DNA of 64,000 nucleotides from the human T2T-CHM13v2.0 reference genome, Homo sapiens. The position numbers and the translations under genes were made by a program. Positions 36,668 to 49,200 of the stretch are shown piece after piece; the stretch's first letter is position 1, and each line of letters opens with the position of its first letter. Below the pieces are notes generated by a model, which ran no database searches, had not been told where the DNA came from, and was given only the letters and a program-made list of their open reading frames with translations. The stretch lies in assembly GCF_009914755.1 (NCBI RefSeq), contig NC_060925.1; one strand, given 5' to 3'.

Positions 36668-36967
36668 CAGGGCCAGGTTCTGCAGAAGTACATTTCTCAG
36701 TAACCCAAGGTTCTCTGAAACCAATGCCCAAAGGATCAATGGGCTTGACTCTTATTTGCTGGAAGTCTTTTAAAGATAGTGTGTACCCCACAGTTTATGA
36801 TAATGGGCTGGACCATGGCAACATTTTGGCATTGGCTCTGAGACCTGGCTGTAGGAGATTCATGAAGTGCAAAGTGCAAGAGGCAGCCCTTGATTCCTTG
36901 TGGGGACCCTGGTCAAACCCTCTCCGACTCAGGCCTTGGTTCACCATCTATAATGCACAGTGTAGTC

Positions 36968-37114
36968 AGGGCTTCCCACAGCTGCTCAGAAGAATCTCCA
37001 GGTGTACACGCAACATACAGAGTCCCAGGCCCTTGTCCTACACATTCTGATACATGAGGTCTGCGGTGGGGCCTGAGAATCTGTTTATTTAACGAATAGC
37101 CAAGGTGATTCTCT
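36968..37114. mobile_element. MER5-type hAT MITE
   Basis: ggtctgcggtggggcctgagaatctgtttatttaac...ccaaggtgattct is MER5-like. Confidence 0.65.
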
Positions 37115-38068
37115 CTAGGGTTTCGGGGGAAAATCCTGGATGGCGATCTCTAGGGTCCAGATGGAGAGTCTAAGGCTCCCCCTGATAGAGACTCTGAGAT
37201 GGAGACTCTATGACTGCTAAGCATGGCATATTCAGAGCTGGGCCAGTGCAGTGGGTAGGATTCTACCCCATCACTGACAGTCCCTCCCTGGGACATTCCT
37301 TGTGCTCTAGCAACACTGTTCACTAAATATGGAGACTCCTGCCAAAAAGTGGAATCTGGGGAAACTCCTGTGTACTGAGATTGCAGGCAGAGGTTGGAAG
37401 ACAGCATCCTGGTCACAGCAGGACTTTGGTGACAGACAAGCTGAGGTGGGTGGTAGAGGTGGCAGGAGGGGCATATAGGAAGAGGACAGAAGGGTCTCCG
37501 TGCATTAGGATGATTTCTCCTATCTGTCCATTTTCAACAAGATATATCACAAATCCCCCATCCACTCCTAAGACAGAGCCCACAGCTTCAAGGGCATTGA
37601 TCACCATCTATCCCATCTCTCTCTTAGAGCACGGTTCCCTTTGCAGCCTCCCTGCCAGGGTGTCGGCTACTCACAGCTTCTAGGCACAGGGAGCTCATGC
37701 CTTTTGGCTTAGCCAGCTTGTTCCATTTTCTCCTAGTTTCACCTCCAGTCCATGGGACAAATGGCGCCCTGTTTGTACAGGTGTGTCCCAGGAAAGCTGA
37801 GTGCAAAGCAGATTTGTGCGCTGTGCCTGAAGAAAGCTTCTATTTCCTCACCTTTAAGGTGCAGAGAATTGTACTTGTTGTTGAATTGCTTTTGTTTTGA
37901 GAATAAAACTGAAAAATCAGATGGGAACGTGCTGTAGAAAGCCACCTGCCACACTTCCTTAGAGCAGGGCTGGCCTGACGACAGTGTGCCCAGCTGTGGG
38001 GGGTTCAGGGTATACTATCCCGGGTGCAGACGCCCAGCTCCTGGGCAGACCTGCCCTCCCTGGCTCAC

Positions 38069-38338
38069 CTGTCCTCGATGCGGACCCAGAGGTCATTGAA
38101 CTGCCGCGGCCGCTGGTGTGTGCTCTGCCTCTTGTGCCACTTCCTCTGCCGGCCAAACTCCTCCAGCTGGCTGAGGCTGTCGGGGAGCAGGAGGTGTGGG
38201 GACAGGGCTGGATCCTCATCCTCTGGTGGGGCGGTGGGGGTCACAGAGGGTGCTTCGGGGACAGCGGCAGCTGGGGTCACTGGGGCCGGGCTCGTCGAGG
38301 TCCCCTCAGGAGAGGGCGCTGGGCTCTGGGGGGCAGGG
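38069..38338 (-). CDS. TRABD2B: TRABD2B coding exon (270 nt, probably exon 6); Pro/Ser/Thr-rich stalk and basic segment
   Basis: Acceptor ...cctctttccag| and donor ACAG|gtgagc, phase 2-2. Translates (S)[89 protein letters not shown](S). Confidence 0.96.
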
Positions 38339-41300
38339 CTGGAAAGAGGTAATGGCACATGGGGCACATGTGTTGGAGAATGTCATCCATGTGTGGTGGG
38401 AATACAGTCCAATTCAGTGGGAGTTTGTCATGGCAGGAGAAAGTGCCAGGGTGCCCCTGCTGGGCCCGGTGACAGCAGCCCAGGAAAACCTCGTCTGGTG
38501 CTGAAAGCCAGTGCTTTGAGTCATGCCTTCATTTGTTTAGTCGACGGATATTTACTGAGCACCAACCCTGTCCCAGGCACTTTTTTAGGAGGTAGGTATC
38601 AGCATGATGGAAACAGACAATGCCTCTGATCTCTGAGAGCTTACATTCCAAAGCAGCAGACAGAGAGTAAAACAGAGGATGCCAGACGCTGCTAACTGCC
38701 GAGGAGCAAATGAAACAGAGACAGGTGTGAGAGTGGGGGTGAAGGGTGCTACTCAGGGAAGGTGGTCTGGTCACCAGCAGGTGACATTTGAGCCCAGGCT
38801 AGGAAGACGTGAGGGAGCGAGCCCTGGGTACGTCTCTGGGGCGTATCTGAGCTTGGTCAGGGTCTCATTTATTCAACAACTCTGGCTGAGACTTTAGGTG
38901 AGTTTAACCTCACTGTGCCTCAGTCTCCTACGCTGTGAAATGGGGGTGTTGCAGACTCTATCTCACAGGGTACTTCATCAGGATTATGAAGGTGAACACC
39001 GGCAAAGCACCGAGAACAGTGTCTGGCAAATAGTAAGCAGCCAAAACATTTAAGTAATTAAGATTATTAGCATTGTGCATTCATCCAACCTTCCATTCAT
39101 ACATTCAATACACATTTCCTGTGCACCTTTTCAGTGGAGCAAAGACAGTGTTAAGTAGTCAGAGCTGGAGGTAGACTGATGTGGGTCCACAGCCCGGCTC
39201 CACAACTTGCAAGCCGTGTGATGAAGGGCAAGTTACTTAATCATATCAAGCAGCAATGAGCTATAGCACAAGAATAATAATACTACCTACTTCATGGGGT
39301 TGTCATGAGGATGAATGAGATGAGGTCTTAACACAGTGCCTGGCACATAAGCCTCTCTTGGATGTTGGCCGACAAGCAAATAGACCTGGCTGTCAGGCAG
39401 GCGCTAAAGTGTCATTTGTCACATTGTGGAATTCATGTTTTATACAGGGGCATACACGTGCACCGCTTAGCCCAAGGGCACCCTCTGTTTTTCTCCCTTT
39501 TATTCTTTCCTCTCCATGGCCACAATAGAATTTGTTTTAGGGACATGTGATCCTGGGAGAAGGTTGGGAATGGTTTCAGGAATTGTGGCTGAGTGGGCAG
39601 CTTGCAAGGTTAGACAGTACCCAAGACAGCAGGCAGGCCGTCTTCCCAGCCCACTCTCACACGGCACGATGGGTGAGGAGCTTCTCTCTTTGAAGGAAAG
39701 AAGGCCATCAGCTCAGCCTCTCCTCCCCTACCCCCATGGCAACCCCAGATTCTCAGGATTCAGGCTGCCTGGAGATGCCGCAGCTGCTGGGGAGATAATT
39801 CAAAACAGTCAGACAAAAAGCTAGATCCAGGAAGCACCTGTGGCCGATGATGGCTTTTATTGTTGGAGCCTCCTCAGCATTCCCGCCCCCCTCCGCCCTG
39901 CCAACTCCCTTGCTCCCCCGTGCAGGAGGCTAAGGCTGAGAGTCCTTGGAGCAGAGCCCATGGGGGAGCTGTGGAGGGCCCCCTCCCCTAATGCCTGGGC
40001 TCTGAGATGAATAGGAGGCTCGCTAGCCTCACTGGCCTGCCTGCCTCCCCTGCCCTGGCCAGAACAGACACAATGAGCTTCAAGGGGAAGGTCCTTGGGG
40101 CTGCTGGGGTGAGGGCTGGGGTGAGGGGAGAGGAGGGAAACTTGAAGAAGGCTTTGTCCCTGAGGCTACCTTGGAATCCCCAACCCTCAAACACATGCTT
40201 GCCCCTGGCCCCCAGTATAAACTAATGCGTGCTGGGCCCAAACGGTTCAGGTAGGAAGAGCAGCCTTGTCAGTTTGACTCAGATGAGAAGTGGTGGGAGA
40301 CTGGGATGAAGTCCCAATGTGAGGGTTTATCGAGACCTCAGTTCACCCTCAGAGCTGGTACAGGGAGTAATAGTTCAGGGAGGCCCTGGAGCCAGACTGC
40401 CACTTACACCGCTGTGTGTCCTTCTGCAAGTGACTTCACCTCTCTGGGCCTCATGTTCCTCAAGGATAAGGTGGGGAAACTCATAGCTTTGACCTCACAG
40501 GGCTGTTATGCAGATTAAATGAGTTAAAAGGTCTTAGAGCCTGGTACGGAGAGAGCAGTTAATAAATACTGGCTATGAAGATCCAAGCTTCTTTCAAACT
40601 CCGGGTCTTTATGCTGGAGCACGAGCTGCATGGAACCCTGGAGTCTGAGGATCCTGTCACTGACCTCTGGGGCTCCCCGGGACTCAGAGCCTGGCTCTCG
40701 CTGACACCTCTCATGTCTGGCCTGGTGCTGGTGCTGTGGAACCACAGATGGACTGAGCTGGTCCCTACCCTCGGGCAGCTCCCAGACTGTGGGGGTGGGG
40801 GTTGGAAGACCTGGCAGGAATAGCGGATGGCCATTAGTGGCTATTTGAGCAGGGTGGGTATGCCCTGGCAGGAAAGTTAGGGGTGAGGGGCATAGCCAGA
40901 GACAGCAACGGAGAAGGTGAGGACCAGGAGTGGGTGGGGCAGCAGGGCTGCCACAGAGTGGGGCTGTGACCCAGGAAAGAGACCAGGGCCCTGCCCATCC
41001 TCCCAGTACCATCTCGATTCAGAGCCAGGGCAGCCACAGTCTTCCAAGCAGCACCCAGGAGTTCTACTGAGTCCCTCTACCCCCGACCCAACCCACCATC
41101 TGTAAATCATAAGTACCTCTCCAGTCTTAACGCTGCTCTCACTCCCACCCATGCTCTGGCCCTGCTGTCACCTAGAGCCAAGACGGCTCACCAGCTCCTT
41201 CCCAATCTCCTGCCTCCAGCCCAGCCTTTCCATTCTTGCTTCCTGGTAGAGACCTGCCTCTGCCTCACCAGAAGCCTCTTCACAGCTCTCCTGAAAGCCT

Positions 41301-41352
41301 GGGCAGGAAGGCAGGGTCAGTGAGGGCCAAGGCACACCCAGATGTGGCTTAC

Positions 41353-41443
41353 CTGTGTATGGCCTGCCCGGCGGGTGTGTGGTCCACCTCCAGCCCTGCC
41401 TGCCGCAGGATGTCGATGACTGTGTTGTTCCCCAGAAAGTGAC
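41353..41443 (-). CDS. TRABD2B: TRABD2B coding exon (91 nt, probably exon 5); completes the GAGH motif
   Basis: Acceptor ...cacttgtgttccag| and donor ACAG|gtaagc. The phase 1 junction gives G|GT=Gly, then [29 protein letters not shown](S). The ORF track misses this frame. Confidence 0.96.
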
Positions 41444-44400
41444 CTGGAACACAAGTGACAAAAGGGGCTCAGCCACATGCCAGGCCACCGGCCACAGGGG
41501 ACTGCCCCAGGCCATCCCCTAAGTTTGTATCTGGGCCAGTGACCTACACCAAAGTCAATGCCCCAGATTCCCTGAGAGGCAGTATAGCATAGAAGGTAAG
41601 ACATGGTCCTGGTGCCACCCTGCCTGGGTTCAAATCCTGGCTCTGCCGCTCATTAACTGTATCTCCCCATGCCTCAGTTTCCTCATCTGCAAAGTGAGAA
41701 TGGCTGTAATAGCAACATCCAGGGTTGCTGTGAGGATTATAAAAAACAGCTACCTGCACGTAGTAAGGGCTCTCCGTGCTTCCCTGGTGCATCTCTGTGC
41801 CTCACACCATGAAGCTGACCCCAGCCCCCCACAGTCCAGGCTGGGACAGCCTCCAGCAGTCACTCAAAGCCCAGCTCCAGGGAACCCTCAAGCCCCTAGC
41901 AGGGCTATGGCTCATCTTGGTAAGTTCTACCAGCAACTCAGGCCTCCCTCCTTTAGCATGGGAGTGGGGTTCTGTGTGTTCATGTGGGCCTCCTCACTCA
42001 GCTCCCAGAGAGCAGAGATGGCATCTCCACTGCCCTGCACAGGCTCAGCACCTACTGGCTGGATTCACAGACTCATCCACCTAGTACCTGTGGAGAACGC
42101 ACTATGGGCCAGGTCCTGGGACTCACTGAGGTGTAAGATCCCAGCCGGGGTAACCAAAAACCCTGACTGATTGCAGGGCCTGGCAGACAGTGACGGTCAC
42201 CTACAGGAGGCAGAAACATAGAACTGAACCCTCCAGAGGTGTGTGTGGGGAGAGGGGCTGGCCTCCATGTCAGTCCCCCACTCACTATTCATTCATTCAG
42301 CAAACATTCATGACAACCTTGCTCTGTGGTCAGTTCTGCACTAGGAACGATGAATACAGAAATGGGCAATTTAGTTGAAAGCCCCATTTGGGAGTGGAAA
42401 TCGTCTTCCTGTGTTGGAATGCAGGCTTGATGTCTGAGTACTCAGGGGAGCCTCTCCTGGGCTCTGGTTGGGAAGAACCCTCAGGAGGCCCAGTGGCTCT
42501 GGACACAGGAGGTGCTGGGAGTCAACACTCTGGGATGTCCCTCTGCCTCGGGGGCCTCAGTCTCCCCCACCTGCTCAATGTGGTGCTTGTTCAGGGCCCA
42601 TGGGCCCCTCCTGCCATGGGCCTGCCCTGTGGCTGCACTCATTAGGGAAGCACTCTCCCCTACTGCTCCCTGTTCATCCTGAACCCTAGGGGAGATCCCT
42701 GCACTATTCCTCTAATTGCCTGTGAATGGTGGTGACAGGTGGAAGCCAGAAGGTCAGCATGCTGACAGCCCCAGGGAGGTCTAGGAGAGTAGAAAGTGGA
42801 CAGGCTGTTGGGGAACAGAGATGCTCTGGCAGAGGAAGCCAGCATAGAACTGCATAGTGGCTGGAGCAGAGAATGAACCGTGCTGCTGTCTTGCCCCACC
42901 AGCCTCGCACACCTCTGGGCTGGTTTCACAACTCCTCAGGAAGTCTCCCAGCCCAGTGATCTCCCTCTTGCTGACCATGCCCTGCCAGAGCATCTGGAGT
43001 TACCTTAGGCCTGGCTGACCATGCCTGACTATGTGCCATGTGGCTGGCTGACCCTGCCTCCCTGAAGTTTCACTTGAGGATCACTGGGAAAGGTCACTGG
43101 GCTTGGAATGTCAGAGGGCTCTAGTCTGGCAACCACCACACTTACTCTGAGACCTCAGGCAAGCATATTACCCTCTAATGCCCTCAGTTTCTTGCTATGC
43201 ATAATATCTATAGGCTCTTCTGGCTCTCAGAGCCTATGGGGAAGGTTTTTGTTTCATTCCAGAGACCCTTATGAAAAGATACCTCCCTCTCTTATTTCCT
43301 TTCCCCACCTATTCATCTCGTTCATTTAATGAACACTGCCTAGGTGCATATCTTGTGCTGGGTAGTGATGAAGAGGCAGGGTCTTTTTCCAGGCACTCAC
43401 AGACTTGAGAATGGGAATCCTGTAATCCGGGCACTAAGTATGATGGAGAGGGAACTGTTCACACAGGAGGCTGTGAGGGCACACAGGAGGCCTCTAAGCC
43501 AGCCTGGGGTCAAGCAGACTTCCTGGAGGGGGCACTGCTAGCTGCAGGGTGGGATAAGAGTTATCGAGGTGAGGATAGGAGTGGGTGGCACAGTGGGGGA
43601 GGCTGTTCCAGTAGGGGGAACAGCATGTGCAATGACTAGGAGGTGAATGAGGCACATTTGGGAAGCTAACTGCAGAAGAGGCATGGGCAGCACAGGCATG
43701 AACAGGCCCTTCCGGAGCTCTGGCCCTGACCTAGTGCTGTTGAGGACAAAAGATCCAGGCTCCCGCCAAGGCTCTCATTCTGCCCCGCAGCCTGTGATCC
43801 TAAGCAAGTGGCTTCCCTGCCACCAGCCTCAGTTTTCTTGTGCGTCAAACGGGCCTACAGTTCTTTGACCGACTCCTTGGGGCAACTGTAAAGCCCTAAT
43901 GAGGCAGAAGAAGTGGATGTCCCTTGGAAAAGCCCAGAGTGCAGTACTGAGTGATGGGCTGGAGACAGTCCCCGGCAGGGCGGGGTCATCCCCACTCTTG
44001 CCTTTCCCCACAGCACCATAAAGCTGGAAAGGGACGGGAAGAGGCAGCCTCCAGCACGCAGGCTGGAGGAACTCTCTGCAAGCGGCTCTTGGACTCTACT
44101 CCTGGCAGCAAAGGCAACTCCTTTTCTGCCTCCTTGGAGACCTGTGCAAAGACAAGGCCTCCCAGCCCAACAGCGGTCCTCGCGTTTGCCCAGAGGATTT
44201 CAAGAGCTGCCAGGAAAAAAAGCCCTGCCTCGGGCTGTACAGGAGCAGCAGCAAATATTTACTGACTGCTGCGCGGCTGCTCCAAGAGGAGCGTTTCTGG
44301 GACTGAGTAGAGGAGACACTTAGAGGGCCCAGGCCTCAGCCCGGCCGATGGTGCAGGCCTCACCGGATGCCCACTGGATCCTGAGCACTGCGCGGCAATG

Positions 44401-44789
44401 GTCCACGTGTCTGGCCGGCGTTCCTATCCATCCCCTCAACCTCAACCATTCCACACCTTTATTGTTTTCTGTAAGACCCAAAACAGAAGACTTCAGATGC
44501 TTTGAGAAAATGAAACCAATCAGGAATAATCCTTCCAATTCCCATTCTCTCCTTCTCTAAGCCACACTCACCTTCCTTTCCCTCTGCCAGGGCAGGGAGA
44601 ATGGTCACCTCCACCCAGGTGGCTACTCCTTGCACAACTCCAGGAGGCGCCATTCCCATGTGGCCTGTGCCCCAGAACTGTGTAATGCGGTTCCTGCGCT
44701 CCCGAGCCCATGTTTCTACCACCCTGCCCTCTCTGGGCTTGGTTTCACAGCACCCCACAGCTGGGTTGGCAACACTTGCAACGGCCCCA

Positions 44790-45455
44790 GTGCTCACGAC
44801 TCCATTCCATCCTGGTTCTCTCTGTACTTCTCTCACTGCCCCCTATCTGTCCTGTTGGTGGGCTCCTCTTTCTCCTGCCCAGTCAATGTGGGAGCCCTGG
44901 GAACCATGCCCTTGGCCCTCTTCTTCTCACCCACAGACAGATCATCCACCCTGATGGTTTTGGTAACTACACAATGCTGACCACTCTGGAATTGCCACTT
45001 TTGCCCAGATGCATTTGTCCAGCGACCTACTGGGCATCTCCACCTAAACATCCTCAGAACCTATAGAATCCAACTCTTCCTTCTCTGCAACAATGTCTTG
45101 CGTCTCAACCAGGCTCTGCTATTCAACCTAAATAGGTCCTATCTTGATTCTCCTCGCTCCTCATCTTCATACGATCAGTTCCCAGAGGCCCCCTGCTGTG
45201 ACCTCCTAAACGTGCTTGACTCTGGCCTAGGTCACCATCACCTTCTGCCTGAATCACTGCAGAAACTGCTCTCCTTGCTCTCTCTAGTTCACACCCCAGA
45301 GCTGACTTTGTCAGAACGTGCTCCCAACCCACCTGAGGGGGATCTAAGAGCTTTTTGAGGGCAGGGGTCATGCCTGATTCATCTTTATCCCCAGAGATAA
45401 ACTCAAGTCTGGCATGTGGCAGTGGCTTTGTGAATGTGTGTTGAATGAATGAGTG
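44790..45455 (+). mobile_element. L2 LINE fragment
   Basis: Pyrimidine-rich body ending gtgaatgtgtgttgaatgaatgagtg (L2 3' tail). Confidence 0.65.
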
Positions 45456-45899
45456 AAAAAACCTGTTACTCCATATCCTTTCCATGATCTCATCCTATCC
45501 CCAGGAGACCTGAGCTCATGGATCTCCTCTTCTTGTAACTCAGCCCTGCCCCTTGGTGGTGCTCCTCCAGATTCTACCAATCCCAGGAATTTGGCCCTTG
45601 GACCAGCCCGAGTCAGGGCCCAGAGCATGCCGTCCTCAGGAGCTGGCAGACAGGAACCATGCTTGCCTCCAAGGTCAGAAATCCTAAAATAGGTGCCACA
45701 CCTATCCTGGAACCTGCAGGGAAAGTCATGGAAAGTCTCCAAAGGGGCCCCACGATGTTGGGGCTCAGCCTGCAAGGCTTGCCCAGGCTCCCCAGGTCTC
45801 CTGGCCACGGCTCAGCAGCCCCTTCCAACACTGACAGCTGTTCTCTGGCCAGCTCTCTGCAGGAAGATACGTTCCATTTCATCTGCTGAGGCCTCGTGG

Positions 45900-46290
45900 A
45901 TGAGAAGAGGAGGAAACAGAGGGAGGACCATGGGGTGGGGGGGTTGCGGCACACAGAGCCATGCAGACAAAGAGAGGGAGAGAGGAGAAAGAGAGAGAGA
46001 GGTAGGGAGAAGAGCAGAGAGATACTCACAGAAAGGGGCACGGAGGAGGAAGAGAGCTTCAGGAGCAGATGGAGAGCAGAAAGGCAATGTGGAGAGAAAG
46101 AGAAAGGGGCCCAGAGACAGGCAGTAAGAGACACAGAGACAACAGTAGGGAGAGAGGGAAGAAGAGACACCAAGAAAAACAGAAAGAGACAAGGACAGGA
46201 CAAAGAGATACAAAGACACAGAGACAGAGAGGTAAGGAGAGAAGGGAGAAAGAGGAGAGAGGGAACTCAGAAATGAAGACAAAAAGCGTG
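45900..46290. repeat. GA-rich low-complexity purine tract
   Basis: gagagggagaggagaaagagagagagg...gagaagggagaaagaggagagagg, read directly. Confidence 0.85.
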
Positions 46291-49200
46291 GTGGAGACCA
46301 ATTCACTGAGGACATCAGGGAAGGCTTCCGAGAGGAGGGGCTCATGTATCCAGTCATGTATCGAGGACTCCCCCAGGATGGGTGGGATTCAGATGCAGAT
46401 GTAAGAGAAGACAGGCAAAGTAAGGAGAAGCAAGGGCCTAAAGGTGGACTGGATCTTAAAAATTGCGGGGCTGGGATGGTGCCTGCCTACCTTGAGAGAA
46501 GCCAGGGTCCCACATAAAGGACACTTATATACAAACAGGAAGAGGTTCCCTGCTCTGAGCAGGTGCAGCCCCCATGATGTTTTAGTGCAAAGAAAAAGAC
46601 TCCCTTTCTCCTAAGCGCAATCTAGCCTATGCCAGGGCACAAGGCTCAGTGAGCAGAGCACAGGCCAAGGCCAGATCTACCCCGCCTCCCATCAGCCTGG
46701 CACAGCCTGACAGCCCCTGTTGATCCTCTGACATGGGAAGGCAGGGTAGAGCGAGTGCTGTCCTAGGGTTAGGACTGTTAGAACACCCCACTCATCAATT
46801 AACCATGTCACCTTGGGGAGTTTCCAGTCTCACTTTGTGCCTCAGTTTCCCCACATGGTGTTGGGCCCCATGGTCTCGGTCTCATGGGTCCTCCCACCTC
46901 TATGATTCCTTCGTTTGATGACCTGCACACATGCTCATACTTAGTGGGCCTCCCGAGTACAGGATGCTTCTCAAACGTCATTTCATTTCATCCTTGCAGC
47001 GGCCCTTTGAGGTGTTGCCAGTTTCCAGATGAGGAAACAGGCTCAGTGAGGGGACGTGACTCGCCCAAGGTCACACACCTGGTAAAAGGCAAAGCTTGGA
47101 CTTCAATCCAGAGATGTCCCAGTTTACTGCATGTCCTACTACACCCACTCTGAAGTATTGGCAGCTGCAAGGGATCCTGAGTTCACATTTGGGGGCAGGA
47201 AATTGTCAGAAACATGCGTCCCTTCCAAGGTTCACCAGATCGGAGAGGAGAGTGTGCAAGTGCTCAGCAAGAATAACACACAATTAACAGGGCAGTTTCA
47301 GGACCGTGTTGAGGGGCTGGGCAGAGGGAGGAGGGGAGAACCAGATGTTCCCACAAAGGCTCCAAAGCAGCACTGGCTCCCCCCGATCAGCACACATGTT
47401 TTCTCTCCAGTGAGTATGCTGGGTTTCCAGTTTTCTCCTCCTGGAAGAGGCATCCCAAGCCCATATTTATGTTCCGTCTGAAATTAATGCAAGGGAAACT
47501 TTCAAATGCTAATCTAGCTGCCAGGACAGGCCGGCCGGATATCAAGCTATGGCGGTGTTTTTTTTCCTGAGGAAGTATGACAGGAGGGCTGGATGGGAGG
47601 GCCAGTGGAGGATGGACAACTGGTCTCTCAAAGAGTGTCTGGAGGGACACTGGCAGAGCCGAGCTTCCTTTCTCCTGCTTTGCAGGCCGCCCAGGGAAGG
47701 GCTAGGGACCTTTCAGTTCAGTGGGGCCTGAGATGACACCACCTCTGTACCCAACCTTGTGCCAGGAGCTGACACACAGTCCCCTCCCCTGAGGAGGTCA
47801 CGGTATGGAGAGGGGGAGATGGGCAGGCAAACACTCACAGGACAGCATGAGCCATGCAGTGCCAGGGGCCATGGGGTTGAAGTGGAAGGAGAGGGACCCA
47901 GACTAAGGAGATGAGTGAGGAGTGAGAGGAAGAGAGGAGAAAGGGCATTCCTGGTAGAGCACAGCAGGATCAAATGCACGGAGGGGAGAGGTGGTGTGGC
48001 ACGTGCTGGCCAACAGCAGTTCTGGGTTGCAGTAACATAAAGTGAAAGGAGAGGTGGCAATAGTGAGGGTTGGAACACGAGGGTGTCCCTCCTCCATGAC
48101 ATTCTGATTGCTGCAGGACATGGTGAAGGGGACAGATTCAAGCTGGGACCAAAAAACACTCTCCCAGGCAACTGTCCAGCTGTAAGGAAGTGAGTGCTCC
48201 ACCCTGGGAGGTGTGTAAGCTGAGGGTCGAAGAGCACTTGTCAGGCCTGTGAGGGGTATTCAGACATCCTATGGGGAACTGCTGTGTCTGGGTGGAACCA
48301 GAGATTCTGCCTGCTTTAGCAGCCTTTACCAGCTGCTCCTCTTTGGAGGCTGTTAGAACGCAGGACGTCAGAAATGAAAGTGCCCCAGGTCTTCAGCTGG
48401 ACAGCTCAGCTCTGCCATGAACAGCGCAAAGATGGTTACAAATTCCGAGAGGAGCAACCCTGCTGAGGCTAACAGAACTTGCCCTGTGTCACGCTGGCAG
48501 AAAGGGGCAGAGCTGGGCTCAAGCCCAGGCATGGCACGGGGTGCATCCATGTCAAGGCCCAGATCCAGGCAATGGCCATGCAGGCTGATTCCAGGTCAGC
48601 ACAGGACAGAGCCTGTGATGGGTTCTGTGAACTGCAGGAGGCAGTGCTCAGCCAGGGATCTCCATGGCCATGTCAGTCACTCTTTACAACATCCAGAGGC
48701 TCCTTTTTTAGAATCACAACACCCCAGGACTCCTGGGAGCTCCCTGTTGGCAGGGACAGGGCCCCACGCCTCCTGAGCCTCAGTGCTACTTGGAGCTGAA
48801 TTTGGCTCTTGGGGTTTTGCCACAGCGTCCCAGTTGCATCCTCAGAGGCCACCAAGCACTTCTGCCCCTCGACCCCAGTGGCTCTACTGTCTCCTGTGTG
48901 GGAGTCCTGTTCTTAGAGGACTTCGAGCTCTGAGGGGCCAGGGACCCTGAAATAATGGTGGCAACACAAGAGCTCACATTTACGGAATGACTGTGCAAGG
49001 CCAGGCCCTGAGTGCTAGTGAGCTGGATCTCAGGCTCATCTGCAGAGTGGGAGGCCGCAGGCTGAGAGAAGTGAAGCAACTGATCTGCCCAAGGCGACTT
49101 CTGATCAGGAGAACGCAGGGTTTCTAACTCACACAGTCTGGGTCCAAGCCCATGCTTTTAATCTACACTTTCTTCTCTTCTTGCCTTTCTCACACTGTCC

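Noticed and set aside
37984-38629. Plus-strand ORFs (122 and 201 aa) over the stalk exon
   Set aside because: Antisense shadows of the real exon.
45613-46404. Cluster of Arg/Glu-rich and Leu/Ser-rich ORFs
   Set aside because: Translations of the GA-rich low-complexity tract. The same applies to 19483-20155.
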